A stretch of 64,000 nt of DNA from Alphaproteobacteria bacterium (GCA_964291215.2 OZ219790.1:1376001-1440000), one strand, 5' to 3'. Numbered from the stretch's first letter, positions 39,819 through 53,742 are shown. The notes: generated by a model from the sequence alone, not told the origin. Numbers and translations: made by a program.

Positions 39819-41467
39819 ATCCTCACCACGTGTATCTCGGTCACCGGCCGTTTCCCGACGCACTCGCGGAGATAGGACTGAACCGCCTTGCGGCCGACCT
39901 TGGCGATCTCGTGGTCGTTGCGGCGCCGCTTTCCGCGCATGTTGGTGACGGCCTGGCGAAGGATCTCGATCGTGTCCTCGAGAATCTCGTCCTCGGCGCC
40001 GTCGTGGAGGACGCCTGTCAGCGAGAGCTGCGGATCTCCGATGACCCAGCCGTCGTGGTCAAGCACCACCGTCGCCACTGCGGCGCCATCGAACCGCATC
40101 CGGTGACGCTCCTTCAACACGTTGCTGGCAAGCGGAACGAGACGGTAGCCGTCGACCGCAAGACGTCCCGCCCGGACTTCGTCGCAGATCTCCGCACCGC
40201 TGGCGCCGATGCGCAGCATCTCTCCATTCTCGGCGATCGCCGTGCGCGGGATTCCGCCAGCCTCGGCGAGTTGCACATGTTCGTGCAGATGCCGCGATTC
40301 GCCGTGGACCGGTATCAGCATGTCCGGCTTCAGCCAACCATACATCTGGCGGAGTTCGTCGCGGGCGGGATGACCGGACACGTGAACAAACGCATCCTGC
40401 TCAGTGATCACCTCTATGCCGCGCCGCGCCAGCTGGTTCTGGACCCTGCCGATGGCTCTTTCGTTGCCCGGTATCTCGCGTGACGAGAAGATGACCGTGT
40501 CGCCCGCGTCGAGCGAGACGTGGCGGTGGCTGCCCGCGGCGATCTGGGCAAGAGCCGCACGCGGCTCGCCCTGGCTGCCGGTCACTGCCATGAGCACCTC
40601 GTGCCGCGGCAAGCTCGCGACGAGGGCCTCCGGAACGAACTCCGTCATGCCGTCGAGATAGCCGCACTCGCGCGCGATCTCCTCGATGCGCCGCAACGAG
40701 CGGCCGACCAGCGCCGGCTGACGCCCGGTTTCGCCAGCGATCCGGTTGACCGCAGCCATGCGCGCAACGTTGCTCGCAAAGCTCGCCAGCGCGACACGGC
40801 CCGGGCATTTCCGGACAACCTCGAGGAGGCTGTCACCGAGCGCCGCCTCCGAGCCCGCGACACCGTCGACGAATGCGTTGGTCGAATCGCAGATCAGCGC
40901 GTGAACACCCTCGTCCCCGAGACGGCGAAGCGCCGCCTCATCGGTGCGGCTGCCGATCACCGGTGCCGGGTCGATCTTCCAGTCCGTGGCGTGGACCACC
41001 ATCCCGCCCGGCGTGCGAATGGCGAGAATGTGGCCTTCGGGAATGGAATGGGCGGCGGCGACATAGGTAACGCCGAACGGCCCGATGCGAATCGTCTCGC
41101 CGGTGCGCACCGTGGTCAACGGGACCTCGCCGGCAAGCCCGGCCTGTTCCAGCTTGCGGAGAAGCAGGCCGCGGGCGAAGGGCGTGACGTAGATCGGACA
41201 GCCAAGCTCCGGCCACAGATGGGGAACCGCACCGATATGGTCCTCGTGGGCATGCGTGATCACCAGCCCGAGCAGCCGGTCGCCGAGGTCAAGCGCGAAC
41301 GCGGGATCGGGGGTCATGACGTCGACGCCGGGGGTCGTGTCGTCGCCGAACGCGATTCCCGCATCGACCATGATCCAGTGATCGCCGATGCCGTAGAGGC
41401 TCATGTTCATGCCTATTTCCCCGGCCCCGCCAAGAGGCACGAAGAACAGTTCGTCGGTATCCGTCAC
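39815..41467 (-). CDS. rnj: Ribonuclease J
   Basis: [60 protein letters not shown]. Confidence 0.95.
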   Translation of the reverse strand: MTDTDELFFVPLGGAGEIGMNMSLYGIGDHWIMVDAGIAFGDDTTPGVDVMTPDPAFALDLGDRLLGLVITHAHEDHIGAVPHLWPELGCPIYVTPFARGLLLRKLEQAGLAGEVPLTTVRTGETIRIGPFGVTYVAAAHSIPEGHILAIRTPGGMVVHATDWKIDPAPVIGSRTDEAALRRLGDEGVHALICDSTNAFVDGVAGSEAALGDSLLEVVRKCPGRVALASFASNVARMAAVNRIAGETGRQPALVGRSLRRIEEIARECGYLDGMTEFVPEALVASLPRHEVLMAVTGSQGEPRAALAQIAAGSHRHVSLDAGDTVIFSSREIPGNERAIGRVQNQLARRGIEVITEQDAFVHVSGHPARDELRQMYGWLKPDMLIPVHGESRHLHEHVQLAEAGGIPRTAIAENGEMLRIGASGAEICDEVRAGRLAVDGYRLVPLASNVLKERHRMRFDGAAVATVVLDHDGWVIGDPQLSLTGVLHDGAEDEILEDTIEILRQAVTNMRGKRRRNDHEIAKVGRKAVQSYLRECVGKRPVTEIHVVRI

Positions 41468-42234
41468 GACACGTTTCTCCCAAAGACGCTCACCAGCCCG
41501 CGCAGCGTCAGGTCCCGGTCCACTTTCCCGATGACATCGGTGGCGGCACCAAAAAGCGGCGCCAGCCCTCCGGTCGCAACCACTGGCAGTTCGCCGCCGG
41601 CCTCGGCGTGAATGCGCGCGACGAGACCTTCGATCAGGCCGACATAGCCCCAGTAGACTCCCGACTGCATGGCACTCGACGTCCGCTTGCCGATCACCGT
41701 CGGCGGCCGTTCCACGGATATCCGGGGCAACATCGCCGCGGCCTGGTGCAGGGCTTCGACGGACAGGTTGATCCCGGGCGCGATGCAGCCGCCGCAATAG
41801 TTGCCGTCCCCATCAATGACGTCGAACGTGGTCGCGGTTCCGAAATCCACGACAATCAGCGGGCCGCCATAGGTCTCGTGAGCCGCGAGCGCATTGACGA
41901 GCCGGTCGGCGCCGACCGATTCGGGGGAGTTCACCAGCGCCTCGATCCCGAGCCGGACTCCGGGCTCGCCGACAACGACCGGCTCCACCCCGAGAAAGTC
42001 GCGGCACAGGGTCTTGAGGCTGAACAGCGTGTCGGGAACCACGGTTGCGATGACCGCACCGTTGATGTCCGCCGGTGCGAACTCCGACAATCCCATCAGC
42101 TGCATGAGCCACACACCGTACTCGTCCGCGGTCCGCCGGTAGTCGTTGGAACGGCGCCAGACTCCGCGCTGCTCGGTTCCGTCATAGAGAGCGAAGACGA
42201 TGTTCGTGTTGCCCGAATCGATGGTGAGAAGCAT
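41464..42234 (-). CDS. coaX: Type III pantothenate kinase
   Basis: [44 protein letters not shown]. Confidence 0.95.
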   Translation of the reverse strand: MLLTIDSGNTNIVFALYDGTEQRGVWRRSNDYRRTADEYGVWLMQLMGLSEFAPADINGAVIATVVPDTLFSLKTLCRDFLGVEPVVVGEPGVRLGIEALVNSPESVGADRLVNALAAHETYGGPLIVVDFGTATTFDVIDGDGNYCGGCIAPGINLSVEALHQAAAMLPRISVERPPTVIGKRTSSAMQSGVYWGYVGLIEGLVARIHAEAGGELPVVATGGLAPLFGAATDVIGKVDRDLTLRGLVSVFGRNVS

Positions 42235-42238
42235 GGCG

Positions 42239-42991
42239 CTATTGCCCCACGGCGACATCGCCGGCGGCAATGATCCGCCGCACGCCGGCAGCATCGATAA
42301 GAGCGAGAGCGCCATCGCCGTCGAGGCCGTCGAATCGGCCGTTGACCGCGCCGGCGGCGGTGGTCGCGCAGAGCGCGTCGCCACGGCGCAGGCCGTGCGC
42401 CTGCCAGGCGGCGCGCACCGGCGCGAAACCGGCTGTCGCCCAGCACCGGTGCCACGCAGCGAGCGCCGGATAGAGCCCGTCGAGCATCCGTTCAGGCGAC
42501 ACCCGCCGGCCGCCCTCGGCAAGGACGCTGGTCGCCGGCAACCGCATCGAGGAAGCGGGCGGCACAGCGGCAAGATTGACGCCGATACCCGCGACGAAGC
42601 CGCCCTCGCCGGCCTCGATCAGGATTCCGGCGACCTTCCGGCCCCGGCAAAGCACGTCGTTGGGCCATTTGAGGGTGAAGGCCGGTCCAGGGGCAAGCGC
42701 GGCGAGTGCCTCGCGGACCGCGACCCCCGCCACCAGGGCAAGCTGGCCGGCATGGCGGCTGGTCACGACGGGCAATACCATGCTGGTGTGGAGGTTGCCG
42801 GACGCCGAATGCCAACTTCGACCGTCGCGCCCACGCCCGGCGCTCTGGGTAGCGGCAACGAACACGTCGCCCGGCTGCGCTGCACCGGCGGCCATCCGGC
42901 GTAGCGCCTCGGCGTTGGTGCTGTCGAGGGTGGCAAAGCCATGCAGCCTGTACGCCCCGGGCATTTCCGGGCAGGCGGCCCCGGCAGCCAT
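42239..42991 (-). CDS. birA: Biotin-[acetyl-CoA-carboxylase] ligase
   Basis: [37 protein letters not shown]. Confidence 0.95.
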   Translation of the reverse strand: MAAGAACPEMPGAYRLHGFATLDSTNAEALRRMAAGAAQPGDVFVAATQSAGRGRDGRSWHSASGNLHTSMVLPVVTSRHAGQLALVAGVAVREALAALAPGPAFTLKWPNDVLCRGRKVAGILIEAGEGGFVAGIGVNLAAVPPASSMRLPATSVLAEGGRRVSPERMLDGLYPALAAWHRCWATAGFAPVRAAWQAHGLRRGDALCATTAAGAVNGRFDGLDGDGALALIDAAGVRRIIAAGDVAVGQ

Positions 42992-42994
42992 GGT

Positions 42995-44452
42995 CTAGCT
43001 GCCCGCGAACAGGACGGCTGCCGCCGCCTCGGCGGCAGCGACCACCGGCGCCGGATAGACGAAGAACAGGAGCGTGAACAGGGCCGCTGCGGCCATGACG
43101 ACGCCGACCTCGCGGCCCGAACCCTGGTCAAAGGCCTCTTCCGCCTGGTCGAAATACATGATCTTGACAATCCGGAGATAGTAATAGGCGCCGACCACGC
43201 TGGTCAGGATGCCGACGACGGCCAGCAGGTACAGCCCTTCGTTGACTGCCGCAAGGAAGACATAGAGCTTTCCGAAGAATCCGGCAAGTGGCGGAATTCC
43301 TGCCATAGAGAACATGAAGATCGCCATCGCGCAGGCCATCATGGGCTGGGTGCGCGCGAGGCCCGCGAGATCGCCGATCTCCTCGACCTGCGCGCCCTGG
43401 CGCCGCATTGCAAGCACGCAGCAGAAGGCCCCCGCATTCATTGCGAGATAGATCGCCATGTAGAGCGCGACGCCGCGCACCCCTTCCTCCGAGCCCGCCG
43501 CAAGGCCGACCAGCGCGTAACCGACATGGCCGATCGAGCTGTAGGCGAGAAGCCGCTTGATGCTCGTCTGCCAGATCGCGGCCAGCGCACCGAGGATCAT
43601 CGACGCGACCGAGAGCAGGATGATGATCTGCTGCCACTCGCCGAACAGCTCGCCGAACGGTCCGACCATCGTGCGCACCAGCAGCCCGACCGCGGCGATC
43701 TTGGGCGCGACCGCGAAGAATGCCGTGACCGGCGTCGGCGCGCCCTCATAGACGTCGGGCGTCCACATGTGGAACGGTACCGCGGAAATCTTGAAGGCGA
43801 GGCCGGCGAGCAGGAACACCAGGCCAACGACGACACCGACGCCGAGGCTGAGGTCGGGACCGACGAAGAGGTCGCTCAGCTCGGAAAAGCGGGTGGTGCC
43901 GGTGAAGCCGTAGATCATCGAGATGCCGTAGAGCAGCATGCCGGACGACAGGGCGCCGAGCACGAAGTATTTCAGCCCGGCCTCGGACGATCTGACCGAA
44001 TCGCGCCGGAAGGCTGCGATCACGTAGAGCGGCAGGCTCTGCAGCTCGATCGCGACATAGAGCGACATCAGGTCGCCCGCCGACACCATCAGCAGCATGC
44101 CCACGGTCGCGAACAGGATCAGCACCGGGTACTCGAAGCGCTGGATGCCCTCGCGCTCGTTGTAGCCGAGCGACATCACGATCGCGAGCGCTGAACCGAG
44201 CAGGATCAGCCACTTCATGAAGCGCGCAAACATGTCGTCCACGAACTGGCCGCCGAAGGCAACAGCGCCCGACGCGCCCGACCAGCCCACCGCCATGACG
44301 ATCCCGGTCGCCGCGAGCGCGGCAACGGCAAGCCACGACAGCCGGCGCCCGGCATCCGGTGTCCTGAAGACACCGTAGATCAGCAGCGTCATCGCCAGAC
44401 AGGCGAGCACGAGCTCGGGCATCACCGCATGGAGATCGTGCACTGTCACCAT
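42995..44452 (-). CDS. nuoN: NADH-quinone oxidoreductase subunit N
   Basis: [39 protein letters not shown]. Confidence 0.96.
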   Translation of the reverse strand: MVTVHDLHAVMPELVLACLAMTLLIYGVFRTPDAGRRLSWLAVAALAATGIVMAVGWSGASGAVAFGGQFVDDMFARFMKWLILLGSALAIVMSLGYNEREGIQRFEYPVLILFATVGMLLMVSAGDLMSLYVAIELQSLPLYVIAAFRRDSVRSSEAGLKYFVLGALSSGMLLYGISMIYGFTGTTRFSELSDLFVGPDLSLGVGVVVGLVFLLAGLAFKISAVPFHMWTPDVYEGAPTPVTAFFAVAPKIAAVGLLVRTMVGPFGELFGEWQQIIILLSVASMILGALAAIWQTSIKRLLAYSSIGHVGYALVGLAAGSEEGVRGVALYMAIYLAMNAGAFCCVLAMRRQGAQVEEIGDLAGLARTQPMMACAMAIFMFSMAGIPPLAGFFGKLYVFLAAVNEGLYLLAVVGILTSVVGAYYYLRIVKIMYFDQAEEAFDQGSGREVGVVMAAAALFTLLFFVYPAPVVAAAEAAAAVLFAGS

Positions 44453-44461
44453 CGCCCGCTC

Positions 44462-45976
44462 CTACCGACCGGCCGCGGCCAGCGGGCGGACCGCATCGAG
44501 CGCCGCGCGGTGCTGCTCGACGAGGTTGGCGACCGAAACCTCCATGACATCGAGGAACGGCGCCGGCCACACCCCCATCCAGACCGTCACCACAACCAAG
44601 GGTGCGAACACGAGAACCTCGCGGGCATTCAGATCGAGAATGGACTTCAGGTGCTCCTTCTCGAGACGGCCGAGAATCACCCGGCGGTAAAGATAGAGCA
44701 TGTAGGCGGCGCCGAGGATGATTCCCGTCGTCGCCAGGAGCGCCACCCAGGTGTTGACCTGGAAGGCCCCGACCAGCACCAGGAACTCGCCGACGAATCC
44801 GCTGGTGCCAGGCAGGCCCACGGAAGCGAGCATGAAGACCATGAACACCACCGCGTAGCGCGGCATGCGCTCCACCAGCCCGCCATAGGTCTCGATGTCG
44901 CGGCTGTGGATACGGTCATAGACGACACCGACGCAGAGGAACAGCGCCGCCGATACGAAACCGTGGCTCAGCATCTGGGCGACGGCGCCCTGCACGCCCT
45001 GATGCGTGAGCGTGAAGATACCGATGGTCACGAAGCCCATGTGCGCCACCGAGGAATAGGCAATCAGCTTCTTCATGTCCTCCTGCGCGAGCGCCACCAG
45101 CGAGGTGTAGATGATGGCAACGATGGAGAGCGCATAGATCATCGGCGTGAAAAAGTCCGTGGCCAGCGGCAGAATCGGCACCGAGAACCGCAGGAACCCG
45201 TAAGCGCCCATCTTCAGGAGCACGCCGGCGAGGATGACCGAACCCGCGGTTGGCGCCTCGACGTGGGCGTCGGGCAGCCATGTATGCACCGGCCACATCG
45301 GCACCTTGACGGCGAAGCTCGCGAAGAAGGCAAGCCACAACCACAGCTGCAGGTCGGGATCAAGCGCCACCTGCAGGAGCCTCGGAATGTCGGTGGTGTC
45401 GGCTTCCCGGAAGATCACGAGGATCGCGATCAGCATCAGCACCGAGCCGGTGAGCGTGAACAGGAAGAACTTGAAGGCGGCGTAGACCCGGCGCGGGCCG
45501 CCCCAGACGCCGATGATCAGGAACATCGGTATCAGCACGCCCTCGAAGAACACATAGAACAGCACGAAATCGAGCGCGCAGAACATGCCGACCATAAGCG
45601 TCTCGAGAACGAGGAAGGCGATCATGTACTCCCGGACCCGCTCCTGGATCGCATCCCAGCTCGCCAGCACACAGATCGGGGTGAGGAACGTCGACAGCAG
45701 CACGAAGAACACCGAGATCCCGTCGACCCCCATGTGGTAGGAGACGCCGAAGGACGGAATCCATGCCACCTTCTCGACAAACTGGAAGGCCGCGGTCCCG
45801 CGATCGAACTCGATCCACAGCAGCAGCGACAGCGCGAACACGATAAGCGACACCCACAGCGCCGTCGCGCGCGCGTTGCGCGCCACGACCCGGGCATCGC
45901 CGCGGATCATGAGAATCGCGAGCGCCCCCACCAGCGGCAGGAAGGTGATCAGGGACAGGATCGGAAACTGCAACAT
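44462..45976 (-). CDS. nuoM: NADH-quinone oxidoreductase subunit M
   Basis: [42 protein letters not shown]. Confidence 0.96.
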   Translation of the reverse strand: MLQFPILSLITFLPLVGALAILMIRGDARVVARNARATALWVSLIVFALSLLLWIEFDRGTAAFQFVEKVAWIPSFGVSYHMGVDGISVFFVLLSTFLTPICVLASWDAIQERVREYMIAFLVLETLMVGMFCALDFVLFYVFFEGVLIPMFLIIGVWGGPRRVYAAFKFFLFTLTGSVLMLIAILVIFREADTTDIPRLLQVALDPDLQLWLWLAFFASFAVKVPMWPVHTWLPDAHVEAPTAGSVILAGVLLKMGAYGFLRFSVPILPLATDFFTPMIYALSIVAIIYTSLVALAQEDMKKLIAYSSVAHMGFVTIGIFTLTHQGVQGAVAQMLSHGFVSAALFLCVGVVYDRIHSRDIETYGGLVERMPRYAVVFMVFMLASVGLPGTSGFVGEFLVLVGAFQVNTWVALLATTGIILGAAYMLYLYRRVILGRLEKEHLKSILDLNAREVLVFAPLVVVTVWMGVWPAPFLDVMEVSVANLVEQHRAALDAVRPLAAAGR

Positions 45977-45988
45977 GCCGGCTTGTCC

Positions 45989-47917
45989 CTAGGCCTGGCC
46001 GAACAGGTGCCAGGTCACGATGCCGGCGACACCGACGAGCATCGCGAAGGCATAGTGGTAGATGTAGCCCGACTGCAGCGCGGCCACGCGGCGCGCGAGG
46101 TAGCGCGCCGCCGCAGCCACGCCATCGGGGCCGACGCCGTCGATGACGGCACCGTCACCGTCCTTCCACAGGCGGCGCCCGAGGCGGTGAGCGGGACGCA
46201 CGAACACGGCGTCGTAGAGCTCGTCGAAATACCATTTCGCGAGGAGGAAACGGTAGAGCCGGGGCAGGCGCGCCGCGAGCGCGCCCGGCAGGTCCGGCCT
46301 GACCATGTAGGCGTAATAGGCGCCGGCGATGCCGGCGACGCCGACCGCGACCGGAATGATCTTGACCCAGAGCGGCACATGGTGCGCGGCCGCGATCGGA
46401 TCGGTGCCCGGCCGCACGAAGATCGAATCGCCCCAGAACGCCGCCATCGCGTCGCCGGCGAAGTAGTCGTAGCCGAGCCAGCCGGCGAACACGGCGCCGA
46501 ACGCAAGCACGAACAGCGGCGCCAGCATGACCCGCGGCGATTCGTGGACATGGGCCAGCGTTTTCTCGTCGGCCTTGCTCTCGCCGTGGAAGGTCATGAT
46601 GATGAGGCGCCAGGAATAGAACGCGGTGAGCACGGCGGCAGCAATGCCCATCCAGAACGCGTACTGGCCGACCGCGCTGTGGGCGCCGAACGCCGCTTCG
46701 AGCACCAGATCCTTGGAATAGAAGCCGGCGAAGAACGGCATGCCGGCGAGCGCGAGGCTGCCGACCCACATCAGCCCGTAGGTAACCGGAATCAGGCGCC
46801 AGATGCCGCCCATCCTGCGCATGTCCTGCTCGGAGGACATTGCGTGGATGACCGAGCCCGCGCCGAGGAACAGCAGCGCCTTGAAGAAGGCGTGGGTCGT
46901 GAGGTGGAAGATGCCGGCCGCATAGGCGGAAACGCCGCAGGCGAAGAACATGTAACCGAGCTGGCTGCAGGTCGAATAGGCGATGACCCGCTTGATGTCG
47001 TTCTGGCACAGCGCCACGGTGGCCGCGAACAGCGCGGTGCTGGCGCCGACGACGGCAACCACGGTGAGCGCGACGGGCGCGTACTCGAACAGCGGCGACA
47101 GCCGGGCGACCATGAACACGCCGGCGGTGACCATGGTCGCCGCGTGAATCAGCGCCGAAACCGGGGTCGGGCCCTCCATGGCGTCGGGAAGCCAGGTGTG
47201 GAGGCCGAGCTGCGCCGACTTGCCCATGGCACCGATGAACAGGAGGATGCAGAGCGCGTCGAGCGCCGGGGTCTCGATGCCGAGAAAGGCGAGCGTCGTG
47301 CCGGCGCGATCCGGGGCCGCGGCGAATATGGCGTCATAGCTGATCGAGCCGAACATCAGGAAGACGCCGAGAATCCCGAGCGCGAAGCCGAAATCGCCGA
47401 CGCGGTTGACGATGAACGCCTTGATCGCAGCCGCATTGGCCGATGGCCGGTCGTACCAGAAGCCGATCAGCAGGTACGAGCACAACCCCACTCCCTCCCA
47501 GCCGAAGAACAGCTGCAGCAGGTTGTCCGAGGTGACCAGCATCAGCATGAAGAAGGTGAAGAGGCTGAGATAGGCCATGAACCGCGGAATGTGCGGGTCG
47601 TGGCTCATGTAGCCGATCGAGTAGACATGGACCATGGCCGAGACCACGGTGACGACGAAGACCATGACCGCCGCAAGCTGATCGAAGCGCAGCGTCCAGC
47701 TCGCCTCGAAGGCGCCGGAGATGATCCACGGGAACAGTTCGACTGCCTGCGGGCGTCCGCCGAGCGCCACCTCCGCGAGGATGACGCAGCCGAACCCCGC
47801 CGACAGCAGCATGGCGCCGCAGGTCACCAGTTGCGATCCGCGATCGCCGATCCAGCGACCGCCAAGGCCTGCGAGGACGGCGCCGATCAGCGGCAGGAAG
47901 ACGGCGGACGCATACAT
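45989..47917 (-). CDS. nuoL: NADH-quinone oxidoreductase subunit L
   Basis: KAFIVNRVGDFG, GKSAQLGLHTWLPDAMEGPTPVSALIHAATMV. Confidence 0.96.
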   Translation of the reverse strand: MYASAVFLPLIGAVLAGLGGRWIGDRGSQLVTCGAMLLSAGFGCVILAEVALGGRPQAVELFPWIISGAFEASWTLRFDQLAAVMVFVVTVVSAMVHVYSIGYMSHDPHIPRFMAYLSLFTFFMLMLVTSDNLLQLFFGWEGVGLCSYLLIGFWYDRPSANAAAIKAFIVNRVGDFGFALGILGVFLMFGSISYDAIFAAAPDRAGTTLAFLGIETPALDALCILLFIGAMGKSAQLGLHTWLPDAMEGPTPVSALIHAATMVTAGVFMVARLSPLFEYAPVALTVVAVVGASTALFAATVALCQNDIKRVIAYSTCSQLGYMFFACGVSAYAAGIFHLTTHAFFKALLFLGAGSVIHAMSSEQDMRRMGGIWRLIPVTYGLMWVGSLALAGMPFFAGFYSKDLVLEAAFGAHSAVGQYAFWMGIAAAVLTAFYSWRLIIMTFHGESKADEKTLAHVHESPRVMLAPLFVLAFGAVFAGWLGYDYFAGDAMAAFWGDSIFVRPGTDPIAAAHHVPLWVKIIPVAVGVAGIAGAYYAYMVRPDLPGALAARLPRLYRFLLAKWYFDELYDAVFVRPAHRLGRRLWKDGDGAVIDGVGPDGVAAAARYLARRVAALQSGYIYHYAFAMLVGVAGIVTWHLFGQA

Positions 47918-47924
47918 CCGTCCA

Positions 47925-48236
47925 CTAACCCTTCATGAGATTGACGTCTTCAACCGCGATCGAGCCGCGGTTGCGGAAATAGACCATGATGATGGCAAGC
48001 CCGATGGCCGCCTCGGCGGCGGCGATGGCAAGCACCAGAAGCGCAAGTATCTGCCCGGTCAGGTCCTGAAGGTGCACCGAGAACGCAACCAGGTTGATGT
48101 TGGCGGCGAGCAGGATCAGCTCGATCGACATCAGGATGATGATGACGTTTTTGCGGTTGAGGAAGATCCCGAACACGCCGAGCGTGAACAGCACCGCGCT
48201 CACCGCAAGATAGTGAAAGAGCCCGACCGCCGCCAT
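47925..48236 (-). CDS. nuoK: NADH-quinone oxidoreductase subunit K
   Basis: [19 protein letters not shown]...[11 protein letters not shown]...FRNRGSI. Confidence 0.95.
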   Translation of the reverse strand: MAAVGLFHYLAVSAVLFTLGVFGIFLNRKNVIIILMSIELILLAANINLVAFSVHLQDLTGQILALLVLAIAAAEAAIGLAIIMVYFRNRGSIAVEDVNLMKG

Positions 48237-48237
48237 G

Positions 48238-48855
48238 TCAGGCGCCGCTCCCCGGCTCGACCGACCTGACGTCCACCGCGTCGCCGCGCGTGCGGCCGAC
48301 CTGAGCGCCAATGCGCTGGCGGCGCACGCCTTCGCGCGTGCGCAGCGTCAGCACGATGGCCCCGATCATGGCGACGAGCAGGATCACGCCGGCCGCCTGG
48401 AAGAGGAAGACATAGTCGGTGTACAGCACATTGCCGATGGCGCGCGTATTGCCGATGGCCGGATCGGCGGGCAGCGCCGGCGCTGCCCGCGCCGCCTCGC
48501 TCCCGGGTGCCGCCGCCCAGGTGCCGAGGACAAGGACGAGCTCGGCGAGCAGCACCAGCCCCACGAGGCCGCCGACCGGCAGGTACTGCAGGAAGCCGGT
48601 GCGCAGCTCGGCGAAGTCGATGTCGAGCATCATGACGACGAACAGGAAAAGCACCGCGACCGCACCGACATAGACGATGACGAGGATCATCGCGATGAAC
48701 TCGGCGCCCATCAGCACGAACAGCCCCGCAGCGTTGAAGAAGGCAAGGATCAGGAACAGCACCGAATGCACCGGATTGCGCGCGGAGATCACCATCACGC
48801 CGGCGGCGACCGCGACCGCGGCGAAGGCATAGAAGGCGATGACGGAGACGATCAT
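48238..48855 (-). CDS. nuoJ: NADH-quinone oxidoreductase subunit J
   Basis: [32 protein letters not shown]. Confidence 0.95.
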   Translation of the reverse strand: MIVSVIAFYAFAAVAVAAGVMVISARNPVHSVLFLILAFFNAAGLFVLMGAEFIAMILVIVYVGAVAVLFLFVVMMLDIDFAELRTGFLQYLPVGGLVGLVLLAELVLVLGTWAAAPGSEAARAAPALPADPAIGNTRAIGNVLYTDYVFLFQAAGVILLVAMIGAIVLTLRTREGVRRQRIGAQVGRTRGDAVDVRSVEPGSGA

Positions 48856-48859
48856 CGGA

Positions 48860-49348
48860 TCACCTGTAGGGCGCGTCGGCGGAAAGCCGGGCGGCGAGAT
48901 GGCTTTCCCAGCGGTCGCCGTTGTCGAGCAGCCGCTCCTTGTTGTACATCAGCTCTTCGCGGGTTTCGGCGGCGAACTCGAAGTTTGGCCCCTCGACGAT
49001 GGCGTCGACCGGACAGGCCTCTTCGCAGAAGCCGCAATAGATGCACTTGGTCATGTCGATGTCGTAGCGCGTCGTGCGCCGGCTGCCGTCGGCCCGCGGC
49101 TCGGCTTCGATGGTGATCGCCTGGGCGGGGCAGATTGCCTCGCACAGCTTGCAGGCGATGCAGCGCTCCTCGCCGTTGGGATAGCGGCGCAACGCATGCT
49201 CGCCGCGGAAGCGCGGGCTCAGCGGCCCCTTCTCGAACGGGTAGTTGAGCGTTACCTTCGGCCGCAGCATGTATCTGAGCGTGAGCACCAGTCCGGAAAC
49301 CAGTTCCGAGAGCAGAAGTGCCCTGAGCGGGCGTGTCACGAGGGCCAT
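48860..49348 (-). CDS. nuoI: NADH-quinone oxidoreductase subunit I
   Basis: [41 protein letters not shown]. Confidence 0.96.
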   Translation of the reverse strand: MALVTRPLRALLLSELVSGLVLTLRYMLRPKVTLNYPFEKGPLSPRFRGEHALRRYPNGEERCIACKLCEAICPAQAITIEAEPRADGSRRTTRYDIDMTKCIYCGFCEEACPVDAIVEGPNFEFAAETREELMYNKERLLDNGDRWESHLAARLSADAPYR

Positions 49349-49365
49349 CGCGTCCTCCCCTGCCG

Positions 49366-50400
49366 TCAGCGGACCGGCAACCAGTCGAAGGCGACGAGCG
49401 CGCCCGCCGTCAACGCCACCCACAGAAGCGTGAACGGCAGGAACACCTTCCAGCCGAGCCGCATCAGCTGGTCGTAGCGGTAGCGCGGGAACGTCGCACG
49501 CACCCATATGAACACGAACAGGCAGACCGCGATCTTGAGCGCGAACCAGACGACGCCCGGAATCCACGTAAACGGCACGAAATCGAACGGCGGAAGCCAA
49601 CCGCCGAGGAACAGCACCGCAGTCATGGCGCTCATGAGAACCATGTTGCCGTACTCGCCAAGTGAGAACAGGGCGAAGGTCATCGACGAGTATTCGACAT
49701 TGTAGCCCGACACCAGCTCGGCCTCGGCCTCGGGGAGGTCGAACGGGTGGCGGTTGGTCTCGGCCAGCGCCGAGATCAGGAAGATCACGAACATCGGCGC
49801 CAGCGGCAGCCAGAACCAGTTCCAGAATCCGCCGCCCTGCTGGGCGAGCACGATGTCGGAGAGATTGAGCGATCCGACGCACAGCAGCACGGTGATGATC
49901 ACGAACCCGATCGCAACCTCGTAGGACACCATCTGCGCGGCCGAGCGCAGGGCGCCGAGGAAGGCGTATTTGGAATTGCTTGCCCAGCCGGCCATGATGA
50001 TGCCGTAAACGCCGAGCGAGGAGATCGCGAAGATGTAGAGTACGCCGACATTGATGTCGGCAAGCACCCAGCCGACATCAAACGGCACCACCGCCCAGGC
50101 GACGAGGCTGAGGACGAAGGTAAGCATCGGCGCGACCATGAACACCACCCGGTTGGCGCCCGAGGGGATGATGGTCTCCTTGAACAGCAGCTTGACGGCG
50201 TCGGCGATGGGCTGGAAGAGCCCGAACGGACCGACCACGTTCGGCCCCCGGCGCAGCTGCATGGCGGCGATGATCTTGCGTTCGGCGAAGGTGAGATAGG
50301 CGATGGTAGCCATGACCGGAATGATGATCAGCAGGATGTAGGCGACTGTTTCGAGCCCGGGCCACAGATAGCCGTCGAGGAACTCAGACATCGCCGCCAT
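49366..50400 (-). CDS. nuoH: NADH-quinone oxidoreductase subunit H
   Basis: ERKI...[40 protein letters not shown]; start may be 50391. Confidence 0.96.
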   Translation of the reverse strand: MAAMSEFLDGYLWPGLETVAYILLIIIPVMATIAYLTFAERKIIAAMQLRRGPNVVGPFGLFQPIADAVKLLFKETIIPSGANRVVFMVAPMLTFVLSLVAWAVVPFDVGWVLADINVGVLYIFAISSLGVYGIIMAGWASNSKYAFLGALRSAAQMVSYEVAIGFVIITVLLCVGSLNLSDIVLAQQGGGFWNWFWLPLAPMFVIFLISALAETNRHPFDLPEAEAELVSGYNVEYSSMTFALFSLGEYGNMVLMSAMTAVLFLGGWLPPFDFVPFTWIPGVVWFALKIAVCLFVFIWVRATFPRYRYDQLMRLGWKVFLPFTLLWVALTAGALVAFDWLPVR

Positions 50401-52447
50401 CCCCGCCGCCGGCCGCAGGCGTGAACGCCGCCGTGCAGGCGGCCATCGTCGCCGAGGCGCGCGACACCGGATCGGTCATGTAGAAATTGGCGAACGGGAT
50501 CGCAAACGGCGCGTCCGAGACGCTGCCATCGCCGCCGAACGGTGCCCACGGCGCCGGTTCGACCCCGTCGGGCGCACCGAGCGGCGGCGCGAGTTCGGCC
50601 ATGCGCGCCCGCACCGCCGGGAGGTCGTCATAGGGGAGCGTCCGTCCGAGCTCTGCGGACAGCGCACGGACAATCGCCCAATCCTCGCGCGCTTCACCGG
50701 GCGGGAACATCGCCCTCCGGCCGCGCTGGGCGCGGCCCTCGGTGTTGACGTAGGTGCCGTCTTTCTCCGTGTAGGCGGCGCCCGGCAGCACGACATCAGC
50801 GGCATGCGCCCCGGCATCTCCGTGATGCCCCTGGTAGATGACGAACGCACCGGCTAGCTTCGCTGTATCGATCTCGTCGGCGGCGAGCAGGTACACGGCA
50901 TCGAGGTCGCCCGCGGCGGCGCCGTCGAGAATGGCGCCGACATCGCGGCCGCCCGCGCCCGGGACCAGCCCGAGATCGAGGCCGGCGACCCGCGCTGCAG
51001 CCGTGTGCAGAACGTTGAAGCCGTTCCAGTCGTCGCCGACCATACTGCAGGACTCGGCGATCCCGCGCGCCAGCGTCAGCACCGCGGCGCCGTCGGGGCG
51101 CGCGATCGCCCCCTGCCCGACCACCAGCATCGGCCGCTCGGCGCCGGCGAGCACCGCCGCGAACGGGTGACTGCCGTCGGCGATCGCGGCCAGAACCGCC
51201 GGATCGGTTCCGAGATGCTCGAAGCGGTAGGTGAGGTCCGCCGCCTCGCCGACCAGCCCGACGGGGAAGCGTCCCGCAAGCGAGCGCTTGCGCAGCCGGG
51301 CATTGACGAGCGCCGCCTCGCGGCGCGGATTGGTGCCGATCAGCAGGCAGGCGCCCGCCTCCTCGATGCCGGCGATGGTGGTGTTGAAGAGATAGGCCGC
51401 GCGCGGCGATGCCGGCAGGCGCGCGCCGTCCTGGCGGCAGTCAACATGCGGCGAGCCAAGGGCCGCCATCAGGTCCTTGAGCGCGACCATCGATTCGGCG
51501 TCGCACTGGTCGCCGGCAATCGCCGCGATGCGGCTGCCGGGAACGCCGTCAAGCCGCTCGGCAATGGCAGTAAACGCCTCGGGCCAGGTCGCCGGCCTGA
51601 GCCGCCCGTCGCGGCGCACATAGGGGCGGTCGAGGCGCTGACGCGCGAGCCCGTCGCAGGCGTAACGAGTCTTGTCCGAGATCCACTCCTCGTTGATGTC
51701 CTCGTTCAGCATCGGCAGGATGCGCATGACATCGCGGCCGCGACTGTCGATCCGGATGTTGCTGCCGACGGCGTCCATGACGTCGACCGATTCGGTCTTG
51801 ACTAGTTCCCATGGCCGGGCGGCGAAGGCGTAGGGCTTCGAGGTCAGCGCGCCGACCGGACAGAGGTCTATGATGTTGGCCGACAGCTCCGAGGCGATGG
51901 TGCTCTCGACATAGGTGCCGACCTCCATGTGCTCGCCGCGTCCGGTCGCTCCCAGCACCTCGACGCCGGCGACTTCGGTCGAGAACCGGATGCAGCGCGT
52001 GCAATGGATGCAGCGCGTCATGTGGGTCTCGATCAGGGGTCCGAAATCCTTGTCGGCGACGGCGCGCTTGTTTTCCAGGAAGCGCGAGCGGCCGGCGCCG
52101 TAGGCCATGGCCTGGTCCTGGAGGTCGCATTCGCCGCCCTGGTCGCAGATCGGACAATCGAGCGGATGGTTGATAAGCAGGAATTCCATGACGCCGTGGC
52201 GCGCCTTGCGCACGGTCTCGGTTGCAGTGCGGATGACCATGCCGTCGGCGGCCGGCATCGCGCAGGAGGCGATCGGCTTCGGCGAGCGCTCCATCTCGAC
52301 GAGGCACATGCGGCAGTTGCCGGCGATCGAGAGGCGTTCGTGATAGCAGAAGCGTGGGATTTCGGCGCCGGCCTGCTCGCAGGCCTGCAGCACCGTGAGG
52401 CCGGCGGCGACCTCGATCTCGACGCCGTCGATGGTGAGCGTGGGCAT
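50384..52447 (-). CDS. nuoG: NADH-quinone oxidoreductase subunit G
   Basis: [50 protein letters not shown]. Confidence 0.96.
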   Translation of the reverse strand: MPTLTIDGVEIEVAAGLTVLQACEQAGAEIPRFCYHERLSIAGNCRMCLVEMERSPKPIASCAMPAADGMVIRTATETVRKARHGVMEFLLINHPLDCPICDQGGECDLQDQAMAYGAGRSRFLENKRAVADKDFGPLIETHMTRCIHCTRCIRFSTEVAGVEVLGATGRGEHMEVGTYVESTIASELSANIIDLCPVGALTSKPYAFAARPWELVKTESVDVMDAVGSNIRIDSRGRDVMRILPMLNEDINEEWISDKTRYACDGLARQRLDRPYVRRDGRLRPATWPEAFTAIAERLDGVPGSRIAAIAGDQCDAESMVALKDLMAALGSPHVDCRQDGARLPASPRAAYLFNTTIAGIEEAGACLLIGTNPRREAALVNARLRKRSLAGRFPVGLVGEAADLTYRFEHLGTDPAVLAAIADGSHPFAAVLAGAERPMLVVGQGAIARPDGAAVLTLARGIAESCSMVGDDWNGFNVLHTAAARVAGLDLGLVPGAGGRDVGAILDGAAAGDLDAVYLLAADEIDTAKLAGAFVIYQGHHGDAGAHAADVVLPGAAYTEKDGTYVNTEGRAQRGRRAMFPPGEAREDWAIVRALSAELGRTLPYDDLPAVRARMAELAPPLGAPDGVEPAPWAPFGGDGSVSDAPFAIPFANFYMTDPVSRASATMAACTAAFTPAAGGGDGGDV

Positions 52448-52464
52448 GGCCGGACTCCCGGACG

Positions 52465-53742
52465 TCAGGCCGCTACCGCGCGGCGGCGCGCGATGCGGTC
52501 CTCGATCTCGTCGCGGAAGTGACGGACGAGGCCCTGGATCGGCCAGGCCGCGGCATCGCCGAGAGCGCAGATCGTGTGGCCCTCGATCTCGCGCGACACG
52601 TCGAGCAGCATGTCGATCTCCGCAACCTCGGCCTCGCCGCGCACCAGCCGCTCCATGACGCGCCACATCCATCCCGTGCCCTCGCGGCACGGGGTGCACT
52701 GGCCGCAGCTCTCGTGCATGTAGAATTTCGAGAGCCGCGCGATGGCGGCGATGACGTCGGTCGTGTCGTCCATGACGATGACGGCAGCCGTGCCAAGTCC
52801 CGAGGACACCTCGCGCAGGGCGTCGAAATCCATCAGCACGCTGTCGCAGATCGAGCGCGGGATCAGCGGCACCGAGGAGCCGCCCGGGATGACCGCCTTG
52901 AGCCGGTTCCAGCCGCCGCGCACGCCGCCGGCATGGCGCTCGATGAGTTCGCGCAGCGGGATGCTCATCTCCTCCTCGACATTGCAAGGCTGGTTCACGT
53001 GCCCCGAGATGCAGAAGATCTTGGTACCGGTGTTGTTCTCCCGGCCGAAGCCCGCGAACCACGACGCGCCGCGGCGGCAGATGGCCGGCGCGACGGCGAT
53101 GGTCTCGACATTGTTGATCGTGGTCGGGCATCCGTAGAGCCCGGTATTGGCGGGAAACGGCGGCTTGATCCGCGGCTGGCCCTTCTTGCCCTCGAGGCTC
53201 TCGAGAAGCGCCGTTTCCTCACCGCAAATATAGGCGCCGGCGCCGCGGTGGACGAAGATGTCGAAATCGTAGCCGCTGCCGCAGGCGTCCCTGCCCACGA
53301 GTCCGGCCTCGTAGGCCTCATCGACCGCCGCCTGCAGCACCTCGGTCTCGCGGAAAAACTCGCCGCGCACGTAGATGTAGGCGGCCTCGGCTCCCATCGC
53401 GAAACCCGCGATCAGGCATCCCTCGACGAGCTTGTGCGGATCGTGGCGCAGGATGTCGCGGTCCTTGCAGGTGCCGGGCTCCGATTCATCAGCATTGACC
53501 ACGAGATAGGCCGGGCGGCCGTCAGATTCCTTGGGCATGAACGACCATTTGAGGCCGGCGGGAAAGCCCGCGCCGCCGCGGCCGCGGAGGCCGGACTCCT
53601 TGATCTCGTTCACGATCCAGTCGCGGCCGCGGGCGAGGATGTCGCGGGTACCGTCCCAGTCGCCGCGCGCCCGCGCCGCCGCCAGCCGCCAGTCCTCGAG
53701 GCCGTAGAGATTGGTGAAGATGCGGTCCTTGTCGGTCAGCAT
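52465..53742 (-). CDS. nuoF: NADH-quinone oxidoreductase subunit F
   Basis: [46 protein letters not shown]. Confidence 0.96.
   Translation of the reverse strand: MLTDKDRIFTNLYGLEDWRLAAARARGDWDGTRDILARGRDWIVNEIKESGLRGRGGAGFPAGLKWSFMPKESDGRPAYLVVNADESEPGTCKDRDILRHDPHKLVEGCLIAGFAMGAEAAYIYVRGEFFRETEVLQAAVDEAYEAGLVGRDACGSGYDFDIFVHRGAGAYICGEETALLESLEGKKGQPRIKPPFPANTGLYGCPTTINNVETIAVAPAICRRGASWFAGFGRENNTGTKIFCISGHVNQPCNVEEEMSIPLRELIERHAGGVRGGWNRLKAVIPGGSSVPLIPRSICDSVLMDFDALREVSSGLGTAAVIVMDDTTDVIAAIARLSKFYMHESCGQCTPCREGTGWMWRVMERLVRGEAEVAEIDMLLDVSREIEGHTICALGDAAAWPIQGLVRHFRDEIEDRIARRRAVAA

Noticed and set aside
44429-47938. 1169-aa plus-strand ORF
   Set aside because: Antisense shadow of nuoL/nuoM
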